Shown here piece by piece: positions 31,386 through 41,661 of a DNA stretch of 64,000 bases. The translations under genes were made by a program, and so were the position numbers. The DNA comes from a virus, in UHGV virus genome UHGV-1366123. One strand, given 5' to 3'. Position 1 is the first letter of the stretch, and each line of letters opens with the position of its first letter. Under the pieces are notes generated by a model. The model was not told where the DNA came from, did no database searches, and saw only the letters and a list, made by a program, of their open reading frames with translations.

Positions 31386-31484
31386 CTGAGTTTTTGGAGA
31401 TATTGAAGAAAACAACCACCTCTGTGAAAATATAAGATCGTTGATCTGATTTTAGTAACAAGAAGGAATTAGCTTAAAATGGAT

Positions 31485-31525
31485 GTGATGGCTGTCGTCG
31501 GGAGACGACAGCCATCACGGTTTTT
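31485..31525 (+). terminator. Hairpin gtgatggctgtcgtc-GGGAGA-cgacagccatcac followed by ggtttttt
   Basis: 14-bp stem plus T-run. Confidence 0.6.
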
Positions 31526-31550
31526 TCCCCAACGACGGTCAGACGGGTTT

Positions 31551-31565
31551 TTTAAATAACGAAAT
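31551..31565 (+). promoter_or_regulatory. Conserved upstream motif TTAAATAACGAAATA (copy 6)
   Basis: 9 nt upstream of ATG 31574. Confidence 0.45.
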
Positions 31566-31573
31566 ATTCTCTT

Positions 31574-33244
31574 ATGCAAAGAAGAAAAAGCAATGGATTC
31601 GTTGCTGGTCTCATTTCAAAGTATGCGAAATCGATATCAGATATCGGAATTGATTATTCTATAATAGCGAGAACGAAGTCAATCACAAAAGATGGTGATG
31701 ACGATGACATCTATGACGACAAACAAAGAGAAGTCCGTGATCCTTATGAAGACATGTCCTACGAAAGTAAGAGAGATGTTTATCGTAAGTTCGCATCATA
31801 TAACGAAATAGAGTACATTCTCGATAGCGTATGTGACGATTCAATAATCCCCGATGAGTTCGGGATGGCGTGTTCGATAAACATAAGAGAAGAAAAGCTA
31901 CTCGCCTATCACGTTTCTGTTATCAAGAAGAACTTCGAGCAGGTTTACAGCATGCTCAAGTTCGATCAATCTAACAACCTTTGGAAAAAGTTCAGATCTT
32001 ATCTCGTTGATGGTGCTATTGCTTATGAGATCGTGTATGAATATGAGAAGAAATCAGAGATCATATCAAAGATCGAATCCATAAAGGGGAAAATTCGATC
32101 AGTGAATGAATCGATATCTCATATGAAGAACGATGTAAAAAGATCAACACTCATAGCAGAGAGAAAGAGAGAGGAAAGAGCTTTAAGAAAGTACGAAGAA
32201 ATCTACAATCTTTCATCTTCAATGTCTATGCAGAACGGAGAAGATGGTGAAGATGTTGTACCAGTGAAAATCATCGGTTTTGTTGAATTAGACCCTGCAA
32301 AACTGGAGAAAATAGTAGATGGTGAATCTGGGAAGGTTTATTGGTTCTATGCAGAAAACGGCAGTTATCTGTCTGACAATCAAGTCATTAGAATCTCTTA
32401 TTATGATGAATCAACATCGGGAAACGTTTCCTATGTTGAAAGACTTATAAGAAACTTCAACTTGAAGAGAAAACTTGAAGATTCTACTGTTGGATGGTTT
32501 ATCATGAACTCGCAATACAAGCTCAAGATGGTAGTACCGATCGCCAACAAGACGAGAGATAAAGCAAAGGAAGCACTTCGAAAGGTAACAAACAACTACC
32601 AAGAAGATCTGTTTGTCAATGCGATGACTGGGGAAGTTACTATTAACGGAGAACCAAGAATTAACTATTCACGTAACATAGTCTTCCCAAATCGAAACGG
32701 TCAGTCTCCTCAAGTTGACGTTCTACAGAGCAGTGGGCCAGATCTTTCATCGATGAAGGTCGTGGACTATTTCAACCGAGCACTTCGAAAAGACTCTCGT
32801 ATTCCACTGAACAGATATGATAGAGACCAATCGAACTCGAGAGCGATAATCTTCAAGGCAGATAGTGTCACTTATGAGGACATGTCCTATGCAAACTTCA
32901 TAAACAGAATAAGAGCATCATTCTCCGAAGTCCTCAAGAAGCCGATTTACATCCAGTCTCTTCTTGATTGTAAAGACCTCGTGGCATTCCAATCATTGAA
33001 GTCGAGTATCGGTTTTACTTTCAACACGAACTTCCTCTTTGAAGAATCTCGACAGGCAGAGATCATGCGTGCAAGATATGAACTCGTCAAGAACTATGAA
33101 AACATAAAGGGAGAAGATGGAGGAATGCTGTTCTCACAGAAGTTCCTTTACGTGACGAAGTTCAAGGTCTTCACCGAGGAAGAATGGGAAGAGAATGAAA
33201 GAATCAAGGAAGCAGAGAAAAACAAAGAAAAACAAGAAGGTTAA
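31574..33244 (+). CDS. hypothetical virion-module protein (556 aa)
   Basis: Long ORF with conserved upstream motif. Confidence 0.6.
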   Translation: MQRRKSNGFVAGLISKYAKSISDIGIDYSIIARTKSITKDGDDDDIYDDKQREVRDPYEDMSYESKRDVYRKFASYNEIEYILDSVCDDSIIPDEFGMACSINIREEKLLAYHVSVIKKNFEQVYSMLKFDQSNNLWKKFRSYLVDGAIAYEIVYEYEKKSEIISKIESIKGKIRSVNESISHMKNDVKRSTLIAERKREERALRKYEEIYNLSSSMSMQNGEDGEDVVPVKIIGFVELDPAKLEKIVDGESGKVYWFYAENGSYLSDNQVIRISYYDESTSGNVSYVERLIRNFNLKRKLEDSTVGWFIMNSQYKLKMVVPIANKTRDKAKEALRKVTNNYQEDLFVNAMTGEVTINGEPRINYSRNIVFPNRNGQSPQVDVLQSSGPDLSSMKVVDYFNRALRKDSRIPLNRYDRDQSNSRAIIFKADSVTYEDMSYANFINRIRASFSEVLKKPIYIQSLLDCKDLVAFQSLKSSIGFTFNTNFLFEESRQAEIMRARYELVKNYENIKGEDGGMLFSQKFLYVTKFKVFTEEEWEENERIKEAEKNKEKQEG

Positions 33245-33250
33245 AGTGAA

Positions 33251-34096
33251 ATGGACTTTATAGTAAAGAAAAACAACGATGATGTTTTCATGCGAAACAT
33301 CATCGTTGCCTTATCAAAGTTTTTATATGATGTGATAAAGATCGTCGAGGTGAAAGATGGTGAAGAAATCCTCAAAACCGTCAAGATCTTCTATGGTTCT
33401 GTCGATCAGCAGTATCTTTCCGATATGTTCCTTGATCCTCATCAATATGAATGGTTACAAGACGACTTGACAGAAGATGACTACAAAAAGATAGTAGAAG
33501 GACAATATCGCAAAATTCCCTATGGTGTTTTCACTTTTGAAAGTGCTGGACTTCAACCAAACCAGATGTCGGGAGGATATGAACGTGCAGAGTTCGTGAT
33601 GGATGTCGAGAACGAGATGGGAATTTCAACAGAGACTTTCTCGGCACGTACAAACTTTGTCCCCGAACAGTTCAACGTCAACATCGAAATTAAAGCATCT
33701 TCTGAAATAGAACGAATGAAGATCTATGACGCTTTCATTGAAAAGCTCTGGAAAGCGAACATGTTCTATTTCAGATACAAAGGTTTCCAAGGTCTTCCGT
33801 GTACGGTGACTTTCCCCGAGAACGCACAGATGGAAAAGAACCTCACTTTCAAGTCCAATACAAATGACAAACTTCCAATGATGAAGCTTGCTTTGAAGCT
33901 CGACACTGTTAGACCAATTATTGATGAGACCACGATAATGATGAAGAAAAACCAAGCAAAGGTAACTTTCATCAACACGAAAGTGGTGATTGGTGGAAAT
34001 GGTACTCGGAAATATCCAATAAACATTGTCCCCTCATCCGTGGAAATAAAGACACACGAACAAACAGAAGATTTCTGGGCGGGTGAAGAAATCTAA
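33251..34096 (+). CDS. hypothetical protein (281 aa)
   Basis: ORF. Confidence 0.55.
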   Translation: MDFIVKKNNDDVFMRNIIVALSKFLYDVIKIVEVKDGEEILKTVKIFYGSVDQQYLSDMFLDPHQYEWLQDDLTEDDYKKIVEGQYRKIPYGVFTFESAGLQPNQMSGGYERAEFVMDVENEMGISTETFSARTNFVPEQFNVNIEIKASSEIERMKIYDAFIEKLWKANMFYFRYKGFQGLPCTVTFPENAQMEKNLTFKSNTNDKLPMMKLALKLDTVRPIIDETTIMMKKNQAKVTFINTKVVIGGNGTRKYPINIVPSSVEIKTHEQTEDFWAGEEI

Positions 34097-34107
34097 ATAA
34101 GCAAACG
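34093..34107 (+). promoter_or_regulatory. Conserved upstream motif CTAAATAAGCAAACG (copy 7)
   Basis: 12 nt upstream of ATG 34119. Confidence 0.45.
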
Positions 34108-34118
34108 TTTCTCTCGAT

Positions 34119-35693
34119 ATGAACAATTGGAACAAATCATACAAACACGGTAAGCTAATACTCGAGCACAAATCTAAACCAGTGAGAATTTTTGAAGATG
34201 ATGAATATTTCCTCTTCGAAAGTGGTGACACCATTGAGCAGATTGCATACAACTATGAAGATCTCGAACACGTTGTAGACATTGTCGACAAGAAATTGGA
34301 ATCCGAAGACGAGGAAAATGTGGACAAAGGAAGAGAACTCTGTGATAGAGTGATTGAGATCTGTGACAATCTTGAAACAGAATACGATTTCCAACATGTC
34401 CTTGAATTGTTCAGATCGTATAACGTGCCTTCTGTGGAAGATCTGACAATAATCGATGAGAACGGAATCCTTACAGAAGATTTCAGAAATGACGTGCTGT
34501 ATGGTGATGGTACGTCACTCAGACTTTTGAGACTTCTCAAAGAGTACTATGGTGAAGAAATTGCCACCGATGTTCTGAACACTCTCGATAGAGTGACTTT
34601 AGTAGAACCGATTTACTCTGTAGATTCTATACCACCAACTGTTGATGCGAAGGTCTATGAAGATCTCTCATTCAGAGATTACATTGGCTATGTTATAATG
34701 ACCGCCACCGATGAAAGTGACACATGGATTTGTATTATGAACTCTGACTCGGGTGATTATGCTATTGTTATTGACTATGTCGCAGGAACAGAGAACACTT
34801 TTAGAGTAACTCAAGATGTTATCGACACGATCTTTGAGTACTATGGTGTTGATGTCACACCACTTTTACAATCACCAGTTTCCGTCATGGAAGCACTTGA
34901 AGATAGAGCAAGTGGTGAAGATGATAAGCCAAAGGGTGAAGACGGTGAAGATGATGTGGAAGACATTGTTGAAGATGTCGATGCGGATCTTCAGAAGGAA
35001 ATCAGCGTTCTAAATGAACAGATTGAAAAAATCGAAAGTCTCCCCGAAGATATCCGTGAGAACGAGAGAATCATGGAAATCTACTACATTCTTCTTGGGA
35101 AACGTGAGTACATCCAGAAGAAGAGCGATGATGACAAGTCCAAGGAAATCGTCGATAACATCATAAACGAAATCGAGGACAACATAGGAGAAATCGATCA
35201 GGTATTCCTTGATGATGATCGCAACGAGATACAGGTCAATGAAGGGAGAGTGTTTGAACACGAAGGAATGACAATCAAACCTGTGATCACTGGTTTCCGA
35301 TCTCACAAGACAAAGACACTCATCGTCGAAAGTGGTGGAGAACGTAAGAGATATGACATCACGAACGGATCAAGAGATGTCCTCAAGAAGATTTTCAAGG
35401 TCAATGAAGCCGAGGATGTCGCCAACATTAGTGATGCTTTCTCCATAATAAACGTTATCAAAGATGACAGAAAGCTTGTCGATTCATTCTACAACTCACT
35501 GGTAAACATCGCTTACAAGATAGACGGTTATCGATCAACATCGGACTACAAGAAGTATATCAAGAACGTGGTCGATGATGGAGATTATGAAAACAAGTCC
35601 GACACATTGCCTTATCTTGTAAATGTCGCATCACAAGATGTGAAGAGATTCAACGCTGTGATAGAAAGAACGAAGACGAAACTCGGAATGTAA
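34119..35693 (+). CDS. hypothetical acidic protein (524 aa)
   Basis: Long ORF. Confidence 0.6.
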   Translation: MNNWNKSYKHGKLILEHKSKPVRIFEDDEYFLFESGDTIEQIAYNYEDLEHVVDIVDKKLESEDEENVDKGRELCDRVIEICDNLETEYDFQHVLELFRSYNVPSVEDLTIIDENGILTEDFRNDVLYGDGTSLRLLRLLKEYYGEEIATDVLNTLDRVTLVEPIYSVDSIPPTVDAKVYEDLSFRDYIGYVIMTATDESDTWICIMNSDSGDYAIVIDYVAGTENTFRVTQDVIDTIFEYYGVDVTPLLQSPVSVMEALEDRASGEDDKPKGEDGEDDVEDIVEDVDADLQKEISVLNEQIEKIESLPEDIRENERIMEIYYILLGKREYIQKKSDDDKSKEIVDNIINEIEDNIGEIDQVFLDDDRNEIQVNEGRVFEHEGMTIKPVITGFRSHKTKTLIVESGGERKRYDITNGSRDVLKKIFKVNEAEDVANISDAFSIINVIKDDRKLVDSFYNSLVNIAYKIDGYRSTSDYKKYIKNVVDDGDYENKSDTLPYLVNVASQDVKRFNAVIERTKTKLGM

Positions 35694-35830
35694 AAACCCG
35701 CTATTTTTTAACATCAATATAAAGAGAGAGCCTTGTGTGGACTAGTAACAAAAACTACCCATACAAGGCTCTCGAGTGTATTTCCATTGCGCTCTTTTCT
35801 TTCAAGATTATGAAAACACGATGGAACATC

Positions 35831-35965
35831 TTCGAGCGCAAGGAAAGTACCTCTCTTTGATTTAAGCTTTCGAACACACTTCCCTTGCATTCGAAACTAT
35901 TCAAGAATATGAAAATAGCGGAAAATGGGTCAGAGTTCAAGGAAAGTACCTCTCTCGAATTAGAA
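35831..35965. repeat. Composite ~110-bp module: GTAC palindrome, TTCAAGAATATGAAAATAGCGGAAA, GTAC palindrome (copy A)
   Basis: Near-identical modules at 41722-41825 and 42163-42270. Confidence 0.7.
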
Positions 35966-36051
35966 GGCGTATGTTTATAAACGGAAAGGTGGCTACCAGA
36001 GAGATCATCTCCGATAGCCACCACCTTCTCTTCTTTTTACGATTTTCTTTT

Positions 36052-36468
36052 TTATAGATACTTGATGAATGAGAAGTAGTCTCGGTTTTCTAAGTATCTC
36101 GGTTTTCCCTCATTCAGATAAGCTTCCTTTTCAAAGGATATGCTCACGTAAGCTTCGTCATGGTTCTTCTTTATAGCAAGTCTTATGAGATATTCCAAGA
36201 AATACCACACATAAAACGCACAGAATGAGAGAAGCATCGTGAGGATCGTGTACTTGACATCGATTCTACCTATGAAAGGAACATTAAGAATTGTAAACAC
36301 TGCAAACATCAGTTCTTTCCATTGTTCTACGTGTATTAGTTCGTGGTTCACGATGACACTATCGGCATCATTTTTACTTGATCTGATAAACACATGACCA
36401 AACAACATCATAGCACTATAACCCTTGGGCAGGAGAAATCGTACTAACTTACTGTTATAATGTATCAT
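36052..36468 (-). CDS. small membrane protein with HExxH motif (138 aa), possible zinc metallopeptidase-like
   Basis: VNHELIHVEQW followed by two hydrophobic helices. Confidence 0.3.
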   Translation of the reverse strand: MIHYNSKLVRFLLPKGYSAMMLFGHVFIRSSKNDADSVIVNHELIHVEQWKELMFAVFTILNVPFIGRIDVKYTILTMLLSFCAFYVWYFLEYLIRLAIKKNHDEAYVSISFEKEAYLNEGKPRYLENRDYFSFIKYL

Positions 36469-36506
36469 AAAAGCGTATTTTAGTAGTTTATATACTTTTT
36501 CGGGAA

Positions 36507-36521
36507 GGTAAATAACACAAA
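36507..36521 (+). promoter_or_regulatory. Conserved upstream motif GGTAAATAACACAAA (copy 8)
   Basis: 22 nt upstream of ATG 36543. Confidence 0.45.
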
Positions 36522-36542
36522 TTAAAAAAAGACTTCGACATT

Positions 36543-39500
36543 ATGTCAAACAGTATAGACAAGTTTTTAGAGAATGTAGCGAGACATGACATCACGTCTT
36601 TGGAGATAATCAACGCCCTCCAAAAGATGATGATCGATGAATCTGATACTGTTAGAATAGAATACATCCTTGAGAACGGCAAAGAATCGTTCGACGTACC
36701 TTCTCTGTCCCACATCATCCGAAGACTTGAAAGAATCGACAAGAACATAAGGAACATAGTGGCAGATGGTGAGATGCAGGCGTACGTTGTTACACAAGAT
36801 GGCGTTCGAAGACAACTTATAAACATCAAGAGATTTACACCAAATGAGATAACGATCACGGACGACATCATTTCGAAGTCATTATACACACATGAAAACC
36901 TCAAAGGTGAAAAATCAACGTTTATTGATATTGACATTTCGAAGCAGGTCGAAGAGTATAAGTACGATTTCACCCATGTACAGATAAAGAAGCTTTTCGT
37001 CGATGGTTATGATTTCTCTGCAGGTACGAAATACGAGAATATACTCAAACATCTTCATTCTACGGCGAAGAAATATAAAGAACAAGAATCGATCGTTTGT
37101 GTCAAACCAAGATCACGAAACATCACCCGAGATTTCAAGATATCGGACATTTCCGAGGACGGTTATCTTTTAGACAATGGATCTGGACAGAATCTCTCGT
37201 ATACAGAATCGATCGATGGTGATGTGACGATTACAAGATCAGTTTCAGTTGGATCAAAGTTTACTGTCGGTAAGAACACTCTTTGGTCAGTTTCGGAAAT
37301 TGACAAGTCCACTGGTTATGTCCGATTTAACACGGTTTATGGTCTTGAACAAGTATCCATTGGTGATACGATCAAGATCGATATCGAAGACGAGTTTGGA
37401 ACAATTGTCCCAGTAGAGCTTCATTCATCAGAGCCATTCATTCTCTTCATCAAACCGATAAATCAGCGGTGGATAGCTTCTGATGAATGGGGATCTTGTA
37501 ATGTCTATGTGAAACCCGACGTTCAAGTCGAAGAGAAAATCAACAATCTCCGAGGTTCTTCGGCGAAGAAGGATGTTTATGTGAAGCCGAACGCCCCCTC
37601 CCTTGAAGCCAAAAACCTGCAAGTGAAGCTGATCAATTCACATAGAATAAACCAGTTCGAGACGAAGGTAAGAGAGAAATATGCCGAGAAGGAAAACGTA
37701 AAGAGCCAAATCGAAATCATCGACAAATCGATAGTGAAACTCAAAGACGAGATGGGTTCGACTGTCGATAAAAACCTACGTGAGAAACTTCAGAAGTCGA
37801 TAGATGAGAATTATAAGCAGAGAAAGAATCTCGTAAGCACTTTCTATTCTCTTGTCAATGATATCCTCACGTATACTCGAGATTCTGAAGAATTCAAACC
37901 AAAGTACAGAATCAGAGGGTTCTTTGCTATACCAGATCCTACAGTTTATAACGGAATATCCTACGACATTATCAAGTTTGAATGTCAATATCGATATCTC
38001 CGAACTGATAACACTGAATCAAACGTAGAGACAATCGACTATATCTTACCCAGTGGTGAGAAACTCAAAGCATACTACTCGAATTGGAATACGCTCCCAA
38101 TGAACCAGAGAGAGAAGATCTACAACATTGCAACTGGGGCGTATGAATGGAAATCTGAAAATGAACTCGATGCCGATAGCATTAATCCAAATCAAGTAGA
38201 CATTCCAATATCCAAAAATGAGTATGTAGAAATCAGAGTACGTTCTATCTCTGAAGCTGGCTATCCGACAGTTATCAACATGTCGGAATGGTCATCACCT
38301 GTCATTGTTGAATTCCCACAACATCTCGTCGACACATCATCGAAGATTTTCGAGGGGATTGGTGATGACAACATGCTCACGATGATAGAGAAGGAACTCA
38401 CATCAATTGGTGTTTATGATCACCTTTCAGATTCCCACACATCGGGCGAGAAAATGTTCCACCATTCTTCACGTAACATATCGACGGACTACTTCACTGA
38501 TGGTGAAAACAAGCAGAAATCGGTGATGCAGGTTCTCGACGAGATGAAGAGAACGATTGATTCGATAGAATCAAGATATGGGATTAAGAACTCTCCTCTA
38601 CAAATATCCATTCTTGATAGCAATGAGGAAAAGATCATGAACATTGAGAACAATGACCATGTGAAGATCTTTGCTGGTTATTACAAGAACGAAACCGAAT
38701 CGAACTCGAAGGGATCGATTATTCAGAAGACGTATTATCTAAGCATAAGAAATCCAAAGTCGATAGATGCAGAACTCTTGTCTTATGTCCCAGGTTTCAA
38801 CACACCAGTCACTGAGGACATGAGTGGATACGTTCACGATGAGAAGACTTACGGCTATCGTCGCTATGACTTCCCTTGCATCGGCTTTAAAACCGATGGA
38901 GAAGGTGAACACCGACTTCCGTTTGGATCTCCACAGATGAAGGGACAATTTGTCTATCAGAGATCACGTGACCTTGCACTTCAAGAGAGTATAGTCGAGA
39001 AGTGGAAGAAATCGACGACTGGGATGAATGCCTCAGAAAAGAAACTGAACGAAGAAAGAAAAGAACTGAACTTTGGGGATTATGCAACGACTGGGAAACC
39101 CGAGACACAGTTCATCGCAAAGATTGTCGATGGAAAACTCGTGGATGGAAACGGTTATCTCACAGATTTCTGCTTCCACAAAGATCACCCGCTTTTCAAG
39201 AACATAAGTGGTGTGGATAGCGAACACAAATCCACGATTAAAGACATCATCACCAAAAGTGTTCAGAGTGCATCTTTCAAGTCGAACTCGGTGAAATCGA
39301 TAATCGGTGAATCATCCAAGATTGGTTTCCACCACGATGACAGATACCTCGTAGGCAAAGACACCTGTGGTGCTTATGTTTATCTTTCACCCCAAAATCC
39401 AAAATCGATAAGCACCAACACGAACATCTATAACAAAGGGATAATCATCAACAATTCAGAAATCAGAATACCGATCATCTTCGAATGTAGAATGACGGAC

Positions 39501-39662
39501 TATTATGGTGATGGTTCTCAAGGTGAAGGGCGTGTAAATGGCGAAGATGGTGTGAAGAACGTGGTCTATGAGAAAGTTATCGGCTTTGACCTCATACAAA
39601 AGTTCATCGATGATATCTTCTCATTCGACATAACGATAAAGATGAAATATCAAGAAGACTAA
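36543..39662 (+). CDS. large virion protein (1039 aa)
   Basis: Long ORF with conserved upstream motif, terminator after. Confidence 0.6.
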   Translation: MSNSIDKFLENVARHDITSLEIINALQKMMIDESDTVRIEYILENGKESFDVPSLSHIIRRLERIDKNIRNIVADGEMQAYVVTQDGVRRQLINIKRFTPNEITITDDIISKSLYTHENLKGEKSTFIDIDISKQVEEYKYDFTHVQIKKLFVDGYDFSAGTKYENILKHLHSTAKKYKEQESIVCVKPRSRNITRDFKISDISEDGYLLDNGSGQNLSYTESIDGDVTITRSVSVGSKFTVGKNTLWSVSEIDKSTGYVRFNTVYGLEQVSIGDTIKIDIEDEFGTIVPVELHSSEPFILFIKPINQRWIASDEWGSCNVYVKPDVQVEEKINNLRGSSAKKDVYVKPNAPSLEAKNLQVKLINSHRINQFETKVREKYAEKENVKSQIEIIDKSIVKLKDEMGSTVDKNLREKLQKSIDENYKQRKNLVSTFYSLVNDILTYTRDSEEFKPKYRIRGFFAIPDPTVYNGISYDIIKFECQYRYLRTDNTESNVETIDYILPSGEKLKAYYSNWNTLPMNQREKIYNIATGAYEWKSENELDADSINPNQVDIPISKNEYVEIRVRSISEAGYPTVINMSEWSSPVIVEFPQHLVDTSSKIFEGIGDDNMLTMIEKELTSIGVYDHLSDSHTSGEKMFHHSSRNISTDYFTDGENKQKSVMQVLDEMKRTIDSIESRYGIKNSPLQISILDSNEEKIMNIENNDHVKIFAGYYKNETESNSKGSIIQKTYYLSIRNPKSIDAELLSYVPGFNTPVTEDMSGYVHDEKTYGYRRYDFPCIGFKTDGEGEHRLPFGSPQMKGQFVYQRSRDLALQESIVEKWKKSTTGMNASEKKLNEERKELNFGDYATTGKPETQFIAKIVDGKLVDGNGYLTDFCFHKDHPLFKNISGVDSEHKSTIKDIITKSVQSASFKSNSVKSIIGESSKIGFHHDDRYLVGKDTCGAYVYLSPQNPKSISTNTNIYNKGIIINNSEIRIPIIFECRMTDYYGDGSQGEGRVNGEDGVKNVVYEKVIGFDLIQKFIDDIFSFDITIKMKYQED

Positions 39663-39686
39663 TCTTAAGCACCTCCGTAAAAATTG

Positions 39687-39725
39687 GAGAGGGCTGTGGT
39701 CTCGAAATTGACCACAGCCCTCTCG
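39687..39725. terminator. Bidirectional terminator gagagggctgtggtc...gaccacagccctctc
   Basis: 15-bp stem between convergent gene ends. Confidence 0.6.
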
Positions 39726-39753
39726 CTGTCTATGAATAGTATGAATAGAATCC

Positions 39754-40458
39754 TTATTTTCTCTTTCTGAAAGATATCTTCTTGTCGAACCCATGACCGA
39801 CGATCTTCTGTTCATCGGTCATCTTCACTTCAACACCGTCTTTGATTTTCGAGGAGAGGAAGTTTTGGATCTTGATGAACATCTCCTCTGGAGGAACAAT
39901 CCCACCGAAGTTGATGCACTTCAAGAGTGGATTTTTACAAGTGAAGTAACTTTCAAATCCAAATCTGGCCACCTTCGGGACTATCTCGGACGCTGATATT
40001 TCGAACAGACATCTGAACATGTCGTCGTAGTCTATACGCTCATTTCCAAAACCGTATTTTCTACCGTGAGTGATCATATAAGACATGAACATAGAGAAAA
40101 CGGTATGGGCGTTGTCAATGTTCAGTAAGAACGAGACACTGTCAGAGAGTTTCTCCTTTTCATCGATCTCCTTTGTGCAGATGAGAGAAAGAGAACGTAT
40201 GTCCTTGTGATAGAAACTCAATCTTTGGAAAGGGTGCTCCCCTCTTAAAGAATCTCTCTCGGGATCAACATCAACTCTGAGAAGATACCATGTTGTGGCA
40301 ACTTCTACAAGAAAATAGGCAAGATTATCATGACAAGAAAAACGAACATCTTCGTGCTGTAAATTGAAAGCGTGCCTATCAAACACGATCTTCCTATCTA
40401 CACCATAAACGCCTTGGATGTAGTCGTAGTAGTCTTTGTTCGTGTCAAGGATTAACAT
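39754..40458 (-). CDS. hypothetical protein (234 aa)
   Basis: ORF in minus-strand 3-gene cassette. Confidence 0.55.
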   Translation of the reverse strand: MLILDTNKDYYDYIQGVYGVDRKIVFDRHAFNLQHEDVRFSCHDNLAYFLVEVATTWYLLRVDVDPERDSLRGEHPFQRLSFYHKDIRSLSLICTKEIDEKEKLSDSVSFLLNIDNAHTVFSMFMSYMITHGRKYGFGNERIDYDDMFRCLFEISASEIVPKVARFGFESYFTCKNPLLKCINFGGIVPPEEMFIKIQNFLSSKIKDGVEVKMTDEQKIVGHGFDKKISFRKRK

Positions 40459-40985
40459 ACGTCGAAACTGTGAGCGTAGAATTTTTCGATTGTTGTTGCC
40501 GTATCGATCTTCACATGATCATAACCGAGATCTTTCATCTTCTGATCAAAGTTTTCAAAGAGCTTGTCGTCATTCTCATCTCTGGAAGTGGTATCTTGAG
40601 ATGTATCACGAATCTGTCTTCTTAGGATTGTGACTGTCTTTTCACAGACAAGTTCCGCAATTGTTATCTTTGAACGAAGATTTTGGGGGATATTCTCGAG
40701 ACCAGTTGGTGAAGTGATGAAGAAGTCACAATCTCTGAATTCTTGAAAAGTAGTTCCGTAATATTCTCCTTGGAATTCCATGAACTGGATGAACACACTA
40801 TTATTCACTAATCTCACGAATTCCTCCTTGGAAACAAAGTGATAATCTTTACCGTCTATTTCACCATCTCTTGGTTTTCTTGTAGTATGACCTATTGCTG
40901 GTTTGTATCCAAGAGTTGTAAAAACATCTAAGAAGTGATTCTTACCAACTGCAGATTTACCAACGAAAGCTATCTTCTTCATCAC
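40452..40985 (-). CDS. gmk: guanylate kinase-like nucleoside monophosphate kinase (177 aa)
   Basis: P-loop VGKSAVGKNH and signature GHTTRKPRDGEIDGKDYHFVSKEEF (TTRxPRxGExDGxDYxFVS). Confidence 0.75.
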   Translation of the reverse strand: MMKKIAFVGKSAVGKNHFLDVFTTLGYKPAIGHTTRKPRDGEIDGKDYHFVSKEEFVRLVNNSVFIQFMEFQGEYYGTTFQEFRDCDFFITSPTGLENIPQNLRSKITIAELVCEKTVTILRRQIRDTSQDTTSRDENDDKLFENFDQKMKDLGYDHVKIDTATTIEKFYAHSFDVC

Positions 40986-40995
40986 CAGTTGTTTG

Positions 40996-41661
40996 TTAGA
41001 AGTTTAAGAACCAGTGAATTGATCTTGCAGAATCGATCAGACCATCCAGATTTCTTACTGATTCTTCTGATTTTTCAATGACTTTCTCGTTTGGCATCTT
41101 ATATTCCAAAGATGGGTAAGGATTTTTATAGAAGACAGAAGGATTGAAGAATGTGTAAAGAAGAATCTCTTCACGGATCATCTTGTAAACGTTCATTATT
41201 TCCTCTGGAGATTTTGAAGAGAGATCGTGAACAACAGTTATGTCTCGCATATCAAGAATCTTCATCTTGTTCCGTGTCTTTATAGAAAACTGCTTATAGA
41301 ACACTGGATCGGATTCCACAATGTAATAGTCTTCACAAAAGAGACCGTCACGAATAAACGGAATCGTTTCCTCGTGATTCTCAGTTTTAATACCTTCGTC
41401 GTTGATTATCATATCTTGATATGAAACCACCAAATCACCCCTTCGAGAGTATAAGTCAAGATCGATATTTTCAATCCTTGCTTGTCTACCTTCGATGATT
41501 ATGAAGATATCGTGGTTCAAGACCATATTTCTGAATTGTTCTAATGATTTCATTGTCTTCTTTGTATTCTTATGGAAATCCGACGAATCTACTTCATACG
41601 TCTTATAATGAGCAGAAAGTTGTTGTTTTTGTTCAGAAGATCGGTGGAAATGGGAAGACAA
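40996..41661 (-). CDS. hypothetical protein (221 aa)
   Basis: ORF. Confidence 0.55.
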   Translation of the reverse strand: MSSHFHRSSEQKQQLSAHYKTYEVDSSDFHKNTKKTMKSLEQFRNMVLNHDIFIIIEGRQARIENIDLDLYSRRGDLVVSYQDMIINDEGIKTENHEETIPFIRDGLFCEDYYIVESDPVFYKQFSIKTRNKMKILDMRDITVVHDLSSKSPEEIMNVYKMIREEILLYTFFNPSVFYKNPYPSLEYKMPNEKVIEKSEESVRNLDGLIDSARSIHWFLNF

